Shown piece after piece: positions 53,064 through 62,869 of a stretch of DNA of 64,000 bases. The notes below the pieces were generated by a model. It was given only the letters and a program-made list of their open reading frames with translations, was not told where the DNA came from and ran no database searches. The number at the start of each line of letters is the position of its first letter. Positions within the stretch are counted from its first letter, which is position 1. Location: the NCBI GenBank assembly GCA_965205605.1, contig CBDBHE010000007.1:544001-608000 (forward strand). Direction: 5' to 3'. Origin of the DNA: Spirochaetota bacterium (GTDB lineage Bacteria; Spirochaetota; UBA12135; COTS27; CBDBHE01). The position numbers were made by a program, and so were the translations under genes.

Positions 53064-53557
53064 TGACGGTTATTAACTTGTTAGTTGTTGGAAAAGGGGG
53101 TCAAGGGGTCTTGTTTGCAAGTGAAGTCATTTCAAGTCTTTTTATTCAAAAAGGACTTAATGTTAAAAAATCTGAAATCCACGGTCTTGCTCAAAGAGGT
53201 GGTACGGTTGTTTCTCACGTACGAATTGGGACTCTTATTTATTCGCCCGTCATTCCTAAAGGAGCAGTTGATTTTTTAATTGTTTTTGATTTAAAAGAGC
53301 AAAACCATTATCAATCGTATCTTAAAAAAGCTGGAATAGTAATTACTTTAAATGAAAAAGAAACCACCGCTTTTAATCAAAAAAAAGGAATGAATCTTGC
53401 CCTAGTGGCTCGTTTTTTTAAGTGTTATCAGCAATGCTTTAAATCAAAAAATGATTTGTGTTTTAACAATCAACAACTTTATTTCTTTTTAGAAAAAGCT
53501 CTTTTTTTAAAAAGAAAACAAGAAAACATCGCTCTTTTTAAAGAATTTTATGAATAA
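53060..53557 (+). CDS. iorB: Indolepyruvate oxidoreductase beta subunit (short)
   Basis: G.GGQG, KKSEIHGLAQRGG.VVSHVR, YSP.IP.G..D. Confidence 0.88.
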   Translation: MMTVINLLVVGKGGQGVLFASEVISSLFIQKGLNVKKSEIHGLAQRGGTVVSHVRIGTLIYSPVIPKGAVDFLIVFDLKEQNHYQSYLKKAGIVITLNEKETTAFNQKKGMNLALVARFFKCYQQCFKSKNDLCFNNQQLYFFLEKALFLKRKQENIALFKEFYE

Positions 53558-54266
53558 ACCCATTGTTTTTATTTCTCAAAAGCAAGTTAAAAAAAATCTA
53601 ATTGAAATTGTAGGGAGTGATGTTCACCATCTTTTGCATGTTCTTAAACTTACAGCAAGGAATGATATCATTTGTCGGACTTTTGAAGGATTTAATTATC
53701 AGTGTGTTCTTCATTTAATTTTAAAAGATAAGCTTATTTTAAACATTAAAGAAAAAAATGTTATAAAAGAAGAGTCCATTAAAAAAATACATTTAGTTTT
53801 ATCGATGCCAAAACCTAAAACTTTTTCTAGTGTTGTTAAAAAAATTACAGAGTTAGGAGTTGCTTCTCTATATCCGGTGATCACCGAGCGATCTTTTATT
53901 AAAGATGAAAAAGCTTTTAATTTAAAGCGTTATCAAAAAATAAGTTTAGAATCTTTAAAGCAATCAATGAGAAGCCATCCGATGAAAATAAGCAATATTC
54001 TTAAAATACAAGATTTTTTAACAACAGAAGAAAAAATCTTAAAATCAAGTTTTAAAATCTTCCCTTGGGAATGTGCTCAAAATGATTTTTTTAAAGAGTC
54101 TTTTCAAACTCAAAAAGAAATGATGCTTTTTATTGGGCCTGAGGGAGGTGTTACGCAAAAGGAAAAAATAATTTTAGAAGCCCACGGGTTTAAAGTAGTG
54201 AGCCTTTCAAAAAATATTTTAAGAGTAGAAACAGCAGTTTTATTTTCAATTGCCAAATTATTTTAA
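53550..54266 (+). CDS. rsmE: 16S rRNA m3U1498 methyltransferase
   Basis: HHL.HVL, K.TELGV, TERS, FIGPEGG, ILRVETA. Confidence 0.93.
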   Translation: MNKPIVFISQKQVKKNLIEIVGSDVHHLLHVLKLTARNDIICRTFEGFNYQCVLHLILKDKLILNIKEKNVIKEESIKKIHLVLSMPKPKTFSSVVKKITELGVASLYPVITERSFIKDEKAFNLKRYQKISLESLKQSMRSHPMKISNILKIQDFLTTEEKILKSSFKIFPWECAQNDFFKESFQTQKEMMLFIGPEGGVTQKEKIILEAHGFKVVSLSKNILRVETAVLFSIAKLF

Positions 54267-54937
54267 ACTAGATTTCTTTTTCCAAAAAGAATGGTACCAA
54301 GTCGGATTAAGTTGGCTCCAGAGTCAATGGCTATTTTGTAGTCTTGACTCATTCCCATAGAAAGAAACTGGCTTTGATAGTTTGAAGTGTTAAACTTTTT
54401 AGCGGTTTGAAATAATTCGTAAGTTTTTTGGAAATAAGGAAGATTGTCTTTGGGTTGTTTGACTAAAGGGCCCATGGTCATTAGCCCCAAGATTTGAATG
54501 TTTTTGTAATGGCAGGCTTGTTTAATAAAAGTAAGGACTTTTTCAGGGAAGAGGCCGGATTTATTTGCTTCTTTGGCGGTGTTAACTTCAATTAAAATAT
54601 TAACGATTTTGTTTTCTTTTTGGCCTTGTTGATTGATCAGTTTAAGATGCTTTTCATTTCCTACAGAATGGATTAAAGAAAAATATTTTACGATATCTCT
54701 AATTTTATTTGATTGAATTTTCCCAATAAAATGCCACTCTAAGGATTGATTTAGAGAAGGGGATTGTTTGATATATTGGATTAGTTGCAAGCCTTCTTGC
54801 AAATAATTAACGCCTAAAATATGAAGACCAGTTTTAATGCAAGCTTGAATGTTTTCAAAAGGCTGTTTTTTAATGACGCCACAAATGGAGACATTTTTTG
54901 GGATGCTTTTTAAAAGGGATGGAAAGAGAGGTGCCAT
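54263..54937 (-). CDS. yggS: PLP homeostasis protein YggS/PROSC
   Basis: NY.QE, WHFIG.IQSNK, IHSV, GLMTMGP, LSMGMS.DY..AI..GA..IRLGT.LFG. Confidence 0.93.
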   Translation of the reverse strand: MAPLFPSLLKSIPKNVSICGVIKKQPFENIQACIKTGLHILGVNYLQEGLQLIQYIKQSPSLNQSLEWHFIGKIQSNKIRDIVKYFSLIHSVGNEKHLKLINQQGQKENKIVNILIEVNTAKEANKSGLFPEKVLTFIKQACHYKNIQILGLMTMGPLVKQPKDNLPYFQKTYELFQTAKKFNTSNYQSQFLSMGMSQDYKIAIDSGANLIRLGTILFGKRNLV

Positions 54938-54938
54938 T

Positions 54939-56621
54939 TTATATTTTGTTTAAGAGATGAGTAAAAAAATTTTGATTAATTTCTTTTTCTTGATATTCTT
55001 GATATTGGTAACCTTGTTCGGTTAGAAATCTTTTTCTGTTTTGAGCAAAATATTCTTCTTTTGAATCTAAAGTAATTAAAGTAAAAAAATAAGCTTTATT
55101 ATTATTTGTCTCTTTAGGTCTTATAATGCGGCCGAGCCTTTGAGCTTCTTCTTGACGAGAGCCGTAAGTACCTGATATTTGAATGGCAATTTCAGCGTTA
55201 GGGAGGTCGACGGCGAAATTGGCAATTTTGGAAGTAGCTAAAATATTGATGTCGCCTTGATTAAATCTTTTGTAATATTCTTGTCTTTTTTCATTTGGCA
55301 TTTCTCCTGTAATGAGAGGAATGTTTAGTTTTTCTGAAAGAGTGTTTAGTTGATTAATATATTGACCGATGATGAGTATTTTTTTATTCTTAAATTGATC
55401 GATAAGTTTTTTGAGTACTAAAATTTTTTGAGAGTTTTCAGCTGCAATTCTAAATTTTTTATTTTCATTACTATAATATTCATAAGACGTTTTTTCATTC
55501 ATTGGGACTTTGACTTCGAAACAAGACGCATTAGCAATCACATTCTTTTTTTCCAAATCCTTCCAATCAATTGTAAATCGTTTTGGCCCAATTAAGGTAA
55601 AGACGTCTTTTTCTCTATTGTCTTCTCTCACCAAAGTAGCGGTAAGACCGAGCCTTCTTTTTGATTGAATACTTGAAATCGCTCTAAAAACCGGGGCTGG
55701 TAAAAGATGAACTTCATCATAAATAATTAATCCCCAGTTTTGTCTATTAAAAAGATCAAAATGTTTGAAGGAATCTTTTTTGCTTTTTCGGTAAGTAAGA
55801 ATTTGATAAGTTGAAATCGTCACCGGTTTAATATTTTTTTCTTCTCCAGAATACTCTCCAATTTGATCCTTGTTTAAATTAGTTTTATTTAAAATTTCTT
55901 TTTTCCATTGTCTTAGAGAAATTGTATTGGGAGTAATAATGAGAGTGTTCATTTTTAGGTAACATAATATCCCAATACCAATGATGGTCTTTCCAGAACC
56001 ACAAGGTAAAACAATCACTCCTATACTACCTTCGTTGCTACTAAAAAAAGTATCAATCGCTTCTTGTTGATAATTTCTATAACTATATTCTTTATGATTA
56101 AAAATAACGTTTAAAAATTTTCCTTTTGAAAACCCAGCTAAATCTTTAATTGGCATACTTATATTAACCATATCAACTTTAAAAACCCCTCTCATAGAAA
56201 CAGGGATTAAATATTGATGAGCCTCTTTATTATAAGTGAGGTATTTTGAAATATATTTATTTTTTAGCATTTTTTCAAAAATGTCTTTTGTTGCTATGAC
56301 TTCATGATGAGAATGGCTTGATTTTTTTAATTTAACAATGCCGTAATTTTTATAATTGATTTCAATGAACTCTAAAATCGTTTTTGGAATAGGAAATTTG
56401 GCGTATTTTTTTAGAATATTAATCATCTCTTGGGCTTTAAATCCAGCAGCAAAAGCATTCCATAAAGAAACCTGATTCATTTGATACGTATGAATTAATT
56501 TTGGAGACTTAATGAGCTCTAAAAAAGGATTGATTTCTTTTTTAGTTTGAGCGAAAAGAGGGTGAGACGTTTCTAATAAAACCTCATAATTTGATTGAAT
56601 AATTAGGTTTTTATCGTTCAT
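54939..56621 (-). CDS. Bacterial XPB/Rad25-like SF2 helicase
   Basis: ELIKSP..IHTY.M..SLWNA, LPCGSGKT, YDEVHLLPAPVFR, RRLGLTATLVRED, GSRQEEAQRLGRI.RP. Confidence 0.92.
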   Translation of the reverse strand: MNDKNLIIQSNYEVLLETSHPLFAQTKKEINPFLELIKSPKLIHTYQMNQVSLWNAFAAGFKAQEMINILKKYAKFPIPKTILEFIEINYKNYGIVKLKKSSHSHHEVIATKDIFEKMLKNKYISKYLTYNKEAHQYLIPVSMRGVFKVDMVNISMPIKDLAGFSKGKFLNVIFNHKEYSYRNYQQEAIDTFFSSNEGSIGVIVLPCGSGKTIIGIGILCYLKMNTLIITPNTISLRQWKKEILNKTNLNKDQIGEYSGEEKNIKPVTISTYQILTYRKSKKDSFKHFDLFNRQNWGLIIYDEVHLLPAPVFRAISSIQSKRRLGLTATLVREDNREKDVFTLIGPKRFTIDWKDLEKKNVIANASCFEVKVPMNEKTSYEYYSNENKKFRIAAENSQKILVLKKLIDQFKNKKILIIGQYINQLNTLSEKLNIPLITGEMPNEKRQEYYKRFNQGDINILATSKIANFAVDLPNAEIAIQISGTYGSRQEEAQRLGRIIRPKETNNNKAYFFTLITLDSKEEYFAQNRKRFLTEQGYQYQEYQEKEINQNFFTHLLNKI

Positions 56622-56622
56622 T

Positions 56623-57471
56623 TTAGAGATCAATAATTTCCATTGAAATGTCTTTTGCTTTTGTAGAATGCGTTAACGCTCCACAACTGATATAATCAAT
56701 GGAAAGATGAGAGAGTGTTTTTAAGCGTTTTTTGGTGATATTCCCACTGACTTCTATTTTGGCTCTTTTTTTAATGATTTTGATTGCTTTTTCAATACTT
56801 CGGTTATCCATGTTATCTAGCATCACAACATCAATATCTTTATAAGGTAAATTTTCTAGCAATTTTAAAGAAGTGCATTCTACTTCAACTAGTTTATTAC
56901 CCTGGTTATGTTTTTTAATTTTTTCAATCATAACAGGAATGTTCTTTTCTATTTTAAAATGATTATCTTTTACCATATAAGCGTCATAAAGACCCAAACG
57001 ATGATTAATTCCGCCTCCTGTTTTAAAAGCATATTTTTCTAAAATTCGATAAGCTGGCATTGTTTTTCGAGTATCAAGAAGCTTGATTTTAGAAGAACTG
57101 ATTTCTTTTTTCCATTCATTCGTCATAGATGCAATGCCACTTAAATGCTGGAGCATATTTAAAATAATTCTTTCATAAAATAAAAGTTTCTTAGTATTGC
57201 CTTTAATTAAAATAATGGATTGACCATTTTTAATGGTGGTTCCTTCTTTAATTTTTTTTTTTATTTCAAATTTTTTTTTTTCAACCGAAGCAATGTAATC
57301 AATAAAAGGAATTCCACAAATCATCATAGATTCTTTAGCGGTGAGAGTGGCAAGCTTATAATCATTTGGATTAATAATGGCGTTGGAAGTAATGTCTCCT
57401 TGTTTAGAAAGATCTTCTTGGATGGCTAGTTTTAAAAGCGTTTTAAAACTATTCAGCATTAATTTTTCCAT
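56623..57471 (-). CDS. nadC: Quinolinate phosphoribosyltransferase
   Basis: ED..GDITS, ER..LN.LQ.LSGIA, DTRKT.P, HRLGLYD, KDNH, EVE, MLDN, EVSGNIT. Confidence 0.96.
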   Translation of the reverse strand: MEKLMLNSFKTLLKLAIQEDLSKQGDITSNAIINPNDYKLATLTAKESMMICGIPFIDYIASVEKKKFEIKKKIKEGTTIKNGQSIILIKGNTKKLLFYERIILNMLQHLSGIASMTNEWKKEISSSKIKLLDTRKTMPAYRILEKYAFKTGGGINHRLGLYDAYMVKDNHFKIEKNIPVMIEKIKKHNQGNKLVEVECTSLKLLENLPYKDIDVVMLDNMDNRSIEKAIKIIKKRAKIEVSGNITKKRLKTLSHLSIDYISCGALTHSTKAKDISMEIIDL

Positions 57472-57852
57472 TATTTTAAAAAACCAATGAGATCTATTGT
57501 TAAAAAAGCTTGATTAGGTGAATTAGAAATCTCTACTAAAAAACGAGCAGCTTCTTTATAGGGAGCTTGAAAATAAGTTTTACCCATCATATTTATTAAA
57601 AGTCATTGCTTGCTTGAGAGCATTCAAATAACAAGTGGTTTTAATGTCATGATTCCAAGTAGGCCTTAACTCTAAAAGAGCTTGATTAATCTTTTGCATC
57701 GATTTTCTTGGCTTCATCTTTAAAAAAGCTATTTTTTTAAAAGGAATTTGCTTTGATGAATAAAGATCATTTTTTTGACTTAAAATTTCTTGAAAGTAAG
57801 CTCTTAAAGAAGCAGAGAATTTTTGACTAATAATGATTTTTTTTTCAACCAT
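57471..57852 (-). CDS. Hypothetical protein, split into 90-aa and 39-aa overlapping frames
   Basis: ORF 57580-57852 overlaps a +1-frame ORF 57471-57590 (MMGKTYFQAPYKEAARF..GFLK*) whose TAA overlaps the nadC ATG (TAATG). Confidence 0.45.
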
Positions 57853-57885
57853 ATAATAGGTGATTTGAAGATTGTTTCTTTAAAA

Positions 57886-60240
57886 TTATTTTGTAATTAA
57901 ATCACCGAAAGTTATTTTTTTTTCTTTGTTTGAAGAACTTAAATAAGGATTATTTTCTTTTTTTTTTTCTTTTTTATGATGACGATGACTATTAGGGTTA
58001 GAATTAGAGGTTTTTTTTCTTGAAAGTTGGATTTTTTTGTTTTGCTTGTCTATTTTTTGAATTTTAAAGGAATAACTTTCATTTAAATTGACACAATCTT
58101 CTACTTTTTTAATAAATTTTTCACTTAATTCAGAAATATGACAAAACCCTTCTAAATCTTCATTAATTTTAACAATACACCCAATGTCGATTATTTTAAT
58201 GACTTCAGCAGTGATAGTTGTATTTTCTTTGTTAAAATTAGTGATTAAATCTTCCCAAGGGTCTTTAGTTTTTTCTTTTACACTTAGTTTAATTTTTTTT
58301 CTTTTGGTATCAAAGCCAATAATAGTTGCTTCGATTTCACTATTAATAGGAAACTCTTTCTTATAATTAATTTTTTTATTGGCCCAAGAAAGATCATCTT
58401 TATCAATAAAACCTTCATAAGGAGTTATTTCACAATAAACTCCTCTTTGAGTAATATTTTTAATGGTTGTTTTAATGAGAGTATTGATTTGATATTTATT
58501 TTCGACTTCTTCCCAAGGGTCTTTAGTGACTTGTTTATGACCTAAAGATAATTTTTTATTCTCTTTATCAAGTATTAAGATTTTAGTTTTAATTTGATCG
58601 CCTATGTTTATGATTTCTTTTGGGTGTTTAATTTTTTTTTCCCAGCTCAATTCAGAAATATGACAAAATCCCTCTACTCCATAAGAAACTTTAATAAAAA
58701 TACCATAGGGTTCAATATTTTTCACTTCTCCGTCAATAAGGTCTCCTTCTTTTTTTGTATTTGAAAAATCAATAAAAGGATTTTCTTCAGCATCTTTTTT
58801 AGAGACTTCTATTTTATTTGTTTCTTCTTTAAGCTTAATAATTTTAACTTTAATTTTATCTCCTTCTTTAAAGAAAGTAGATAAATCTTCAATCCTTTCC
58901 CAAGCACAATTTTTTATTTTCAAAATACCATTAATGCCTTTTTCAAACTCGACAATAGCCCCATAATCAATAATTTTAATGACAGTAACTTCTTTAATAT
59001 CATTAACTTTTGTTTGAGCATAAAAACTTCGTCTTGCTTCTAAATAGATTTCTTCTAAATATTTTTTTCTAGATAAAATAATTTTACTTCCTTCTAAAGA
59101 TAAGATTTTAAATTTAGATTTAGTGTTTATAAACTCTTTTTTACTAACTTTGTAAATATCGATTTCACTTTGAGGGCAAAAAGAATTGCATCCTTTAAGG
59201 TTTACTAAAAGACCTCCTTTGACTTCTTTAGTGATTTCGCCTTCAATTTCCAAATTATCTTTAAAGTATTTTTTAATTTCTACCAAAGTTTCTTTATTTT
59301 GAAGTTCTAAATAAGAAACAATAATATTAGTTTTATTAATTTTTCTTACAATGACTTCAATTTCAAGACCAACTTTTAAAGTAGAAGAACCCAATCGACT
59401 GACTTCTTCTTGCGGGATAATGGCATCTTTTTTTGATTTTATATTTAAAATAATTTCATCATTAATAGAAACAATTTTAGCTTTTTGAAGACTTCCTTTT
59501 TCAATGATGTCATCTTCTAAACTTTCCATGGCATTCATAAAAACTTTGGAATTTTCTTTTTCAGATTTTCCCATAGCTTCTTGAGCTTCGAGTTGTTTTT
59601 TGTAATAATTAAGCATCATTTCAAGAATGTCATCAATCTTTTTATCAGAAGTTTCTATGATAAAAGCATTAGGAGGAATTTTTAAAGGACTTTCTTTTCG
59701 AGTAGAGTCTTCTAAGTCTCTTTTTTTAATTTCTGTTTTAATTTCATTGATTGTTTTTTTATGTTTTTCTTTACTTTCATTAAACCTTCTTTTTGCTCTT
59801 ATTTGTAAAGGGGCTTCTAAATAAAATTTACAAAAAGCATTTGGAAAAACGATGGTACCAATATCTCTGCCATCAACGACGACATTATTTTTTTCTGCGA
59901 TGGCTAGTTGTATTTTTCTAGTGAATTTTCTTATATCGGAATTTTGAGCGTAAAAAGCGACTTCTTTGTTGATCGAAGGTGTTTTTAATTGATTGATAGT
60001 AATTTCTGCTTGATTTAATAAAATAGTTTCTTGATTAATTTTAATAGTAATTTTTTTTAAAGCTTCTTTAACTTTTTCTTTTTCACTAGGTTTAATTTTA
60101 TTTTTTATCATTTCATAAGTAATCGTTCTATAAACGAGGCCTGTATCGAAATGATTAAATTGAATTTGTTTTGAAAAAAGTTTTGCAATGGTACTTTTGC
60201 CTGCACCACAGAGCCCATCAATCGTAATTATTTTTTGCAT
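57886..60240 (-). CDS. cmk-rpsA: Cytidylate kinase fused to 30S ribosomal protein S1
   Basis: N-terminal ITIDG..GAGKST, DTG..YR, DGRDIGT.VFP.A; then repeated S1 domains (GFCHISELS, DPW) in one uninterrupted frame. Confidence 0.93.
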   Translation of the reverse strand: MQKIITIDGLCGAGKSTIAKLFSKQIQFNHFDTGLVYRTITYEMIKNKIKPSEKEKVKEALKKITIKINQETILLNQAEITINQLKTPSINKEVAFYAQNSDIRKFTRKIQLAIAEKNNVVVDGRDIGTIVFPNAFCKFYLEAPLQIRAKRRFNESKEKHKKTINEIKTEIKKRDLEDSTRKESPLKIPPNAFIIETSDKKIDDILEMMLNYYKKQLEAQEAMGKSEKENSKVFMNAMESLEDDIIEKGSLQKAKIVSINDEIILNIKSKKDAIIPQEEVSRLGSSTLKVGLEIEVIVRKINKTNIIVSYLELQNKETLVEIKKYFKDNLEIEGEITKEVKGGLLVNLKGCNSFCPQSEIDIYKVSKKEFINTKSKFKILSLEGSKIILSRKKYLEEIYLEARRSFYAQTKVNDIKEVTVIKIIDYGAIVEFEKGINGILKIKNCAWERIEDLSTFFKEGDKIKVKIIKLKEETNKIEVSKKDAEENPFIDFSNTKKEGDLIDGEVKNIEPYGIFIKVSYGVEGFCHISELSWEKKIKHPKEIINIGDQIKTKILILDKENKKLSLGHKQVTKDPWEEVENKYQINTLIKTTIKNITQRGVYCEITPYEGFIDKDDLSWANKKINYKKEFPINSEIEATIIGFDTKRKKIKLSVKEKTKDPWEDLITNFNKENTTITAEVIKIIDIGCIVKINEDLEGFCHISELSEKFIKKVEDCVNLNESYSFKIQKIDKQNKKIQLSRKKTSNSNPNSHRHHKKEKKKENNPYLSSSNKEKKITFGDLITK

Positions 60241-60394
60241 TTTGTTTTTTAAGAGTTAATTGTTGATTTTAAGCTTAATTTTTTTAAAAAATGATAGAAA
60301 ATTTTTGTACATACAGTTTATAGTTATATTAACATGACATTTTTTTTTTTTTTTTTTAGTGTAAAATTTTTATTATTTTAAATAACTTACCAAT

Positions 60395-60955
60395 TTGTCG
60401 TTATTTTTTAAACACCAACTTAAACAATCTCTTCATTTTTTGAAAAAAGGTAAAATTATTGCATTGGGGACAGATACAGTCCCGGGTTTAGTCGTTGATT
60501 CAAAGCAGCCTAAAGCCATTGAGAAACTAAATTTACTTAAAAAACGTTCTAAAAACAAATCTTATGTTTTGATGACTAGTGCCATAGGGCGTCTTTTTGA
60601 AGAAATTATCATTCTTCCCTTGACCAAACCTCTTATGAAAGCTTATTGGCCAGGGCCCCTTACTATTATTTTTCCAGGTAAAGTGAAAAAAAGTATTGGA
60701 GTTCGAATCCCAAATGATTTGTTTTTACAAGCAATTTTAAGAGAATACCCCCATCCTCTTTATGTGACAAGTGCCAATTGTGCCGGTGGAAAAGAAGGGC
60801 GTTCTAAAAAAGAAGTGGATGAAATTTTTAAAAATAAGATTATTAATTTTATCCCTCAAAAAACTTATTACAAAGCAAAGTCTTCTACGATTGTTTGTGT
60901 ACAACCATCGATTACAATTTTGCGTCAAGGAGATCTAGTGATTAAAAAGAATTAA
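60395..60955 (+). CDS. tsaC: L-threonylcarbamoyladenylate synthase (TsaC/Sua5)
   Basis: TDTV.GL, LK.R..K, YWPGPLT, GVRIP, TSAN, SSTI. Confidence 0.9.
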   Translation: MSLFFKHQLKQSLHFLKKGKIIALGTDTVPGLVVDSKQPKAIEKLNLLKKRSKNKSYVLMTSAIGRLFEEIIILPLTKPLMKAYWPGPLTIIFPGKVKKSIGVRIPNDLFLQAILREYPHPLYVTSANCAGGKEGRSKKEVDEIFKNKIINFIPQKTYYKAKSSTIVCVQPSITILRQGDLVIKKN

Positions 60956-60974
60956 AAAAAAAATTTGATTTCAC

Positions 60975-61112
60975 TTAAAAATCATCTTCGTTAAATTCTT
61001 CATCTTCATCTTCAAAATCTTCCTCAAAATCTTCTTTGATAAAATGGTCTTCGTACTCATCATCAAAATCATCTTCGAGTTCGTTTATATAGTCTTCATC
61101 ATCTTCTATCAT
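60975..61112 (-). CDS. Hyper-acidic 45-aa small protein (not in the ORF track)
   Basis: MIEDDEDYINELEDDFDDEYEDHFIKEDFEEDFEDEDEEFNEDDF*; clean ATG to TAA with mixed GAT/GAA/GAC/GAG codons. Confidence 0.65.
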   Translation of the reverse strand: MIEDDEDYINELEDDFDDEYEDHFIKEDFEEDFEDEDEEFNEDDF

Positions 61113-61196
61113 TATAATACTTTAATTATTTAAGTTTAAATTTTGGTTTTTATAGTAGCATATTTTTTTTAAAATTGATTAATTAAAAAAAAATAC

Positions 61197-62006
61197 TTAT
61201 TTTATTTTTTCCAAAGCCATAAAAAGGCTTCCTTCTAATTTAGTAAAAATATTTTTATATAGATTCTTGTTTTTTCCTGTTGTGATAAGGGTGGGGATGT
61301 GTTTTTGTATTAATCGAGCGGCTTTAATTTTTGTTTTCATTCCACCTGTGCCAAGAGGGTTGATCGAATTTTTCAAAGATTTTTTAATTTCTTTACTCAA
61401 AGTTGTAATGATTTCAACTAAGGTTTGATTTTTTTGCTTATAATTAATAAACACTCCTTTAACATCAGATAAGATAAGGTATAAATCAGCACTGACTAAT
61501 TGAGCCGTCAAAGCACCTAAAAGATCATTATCTCCAAATTTAAGTTCATCAGTTGCCAAGGCATCGTTTTCATTGATGATAGGTAGAATGTTAAGTTTTA
61601 ATAATTTATTAATTGTTTTTTTAGCATTTAAAGACGACTTTTTTATTTCTAAAGAATCTTTAGAAAAAAGAATTTGCCCGATGGTGATTTTTTTTTTTTT
61701 AAATTCTTTTCGATAAAGATTCATTAAAGTCACTTGTCCAATGCTTGCCATTGCTTGTCTTAAAGTAAGATCTTCTTGAGCTTGTTTTTCTGTGGTGAGG
61801 ATTTGTTCATAAGCCATTGCCACCGCTCCAGACGAAACTAAAATGACTTCAATATTTTTTTTTCTCAATTGGCTGATTAGTTTAATATAAGGATGGAGTG
61901 TTTTTTGATTGACTGATTTGCCATTAGTTAAAAGAGTGCTGCCTATTTTAATGACGATACGCTTTAAGTTTTCTAAGTGTTGTTGTTTAAGTATTTTTTC
62001 TTTCAT
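61197..62006 (-). CDS. proB: Glutamate 5-kinase without PUA domain
   Basis: RIVIKIGS, VSSGAVA, QAMASIGQ, PIINEND, FGDND, GTGGM.TK. Confidence 0.94.
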   Translation of the reverse strand: MKEKILKQQHLENLKRIVIKIGSTLLTNGKSVNQKTLHPYIKLISQLRKKNIEVILVSSGAVAMAYEQILTTEKQAQEDLTLRQAMASIGQVTLMNLYRKEFKKKKITIGQILFSKDSLEIKKSSLNAKKTINKLLKLNILPIINENDALATDELKFGDNDLLGALTAQLVSADLYLILSDVKGVFINYKQKNQTLVEIITTLSKEIKKSLKNSINPLGTGGMKTKIKAARLIQKHIPTLITTGKNKNLYKNIFTKLEGSLFMALEKIK

Positions 62007-62103
62007 TTTTTAATACAGTAAAATTTGTTGGATTGATAAGAGCTATGTTAACATTGGAATTTAGTTTCTTTTTATAGAATAAAAATATTTTTAGAGAAAA
62101 ATA

Positions 62104-62859
62104 ATGAAAACTCTTTCAATTGTAATCCCCGTTTATAAAGGGGAGGATTATATTAAAAAAAATCTTCTCGTTTATCAAGATCAACTTAAACGATTAAAAA
62201 AAAAAAATCAAATTAATCAGTTTGAAATCATTGTTATTATTGATGGAGAAGTAGACAACAGTCATCTTTTAACCAAAACGATGAAAGGGATTAAACTGTA
62301 TTCTTATCAAAAAAATCGAGGAAAAGGATATGCTTTAAGATATGGCTTTTCTAAATCTTCGGGAGAATATGTTGTCTTTGTTGATTCAGGAGATGAATAC
62401 AATCTTTTAAACTTAGTTCATTTTTTTTCTTATTTCCCAGGGACCGATATGGTTGTTGGTAGTAAGCGCCATCCTTTTTCTAGGATTCATTATCCGTTTC
62501 ATCGTAGGGTTTTAAGCAGAGGATTTCGGTTTTTGTCAAAATTTATTTTAGGAATAAAACTCAGAGATACGCAATCAGGGTTTAAAGTTTTTAAAAGAGA
62601 AGCTTTTGAGTTGCTTTCACCTTGTTTTACGATTGATGGATTTTGTTTTGACTTAGAGTTTTGTTTTTTAGCTCAAAAATATGGCTTTCAAATTAGTGAA
62701 GCTCCCGTAAAGCTTCTTTTTGGTAAAAAAAGTACGATTTATTTTTCATCTATTTTTAAGATGTTTTTTGATATTTTTAAAATAAGGTATCAATTTTCTA
62801 TTAAGGGTTTTTATCAAAAAAAATTCAAATCTTTTCATTTTGACTCTTCTTTAAAATAA
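62104..62859 (+). CDS. GT2 glycosyltransferase (DPM/DPG synthase-like)
   Basis: LSIVIP.Y, N.GKG.A, FVDSG, VVGS, DTQSGFK.F, F.FDLE. Confidence 0.88.
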   Translation: MKTLSIVIPVYKGEDYIKKNLLVYQDQLKRLKKKNQINQFEIIVIIDGEVDNSHLLTKTMKGIKLYSYQKNRGKGYALRYGFSKSSGEYVVFVDSGDEYNLLNLVHFFSYFPGTDMVVGSKRHPFSRIHYPFHRRVLSRGFRFLSKFILGIKLRDTQSGFKVFKREAFELLSPCFTIDGFCFDLEFCFLAQKYGFQISEAPVKLLFGKKSTIYFSSIFKMFFDIFKIRYQFSIKGFYQKKFKSFHFDSSLK

Positions 62860-62869
62860 ACAACAAACC

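Noticed and set aside
60340-60357. T18 run between cmk-rpsA and tsaC as a phase-variation tract
   Set aside because: It flanks essential genes in a homopolymer-rich genome; no supporting evidence.
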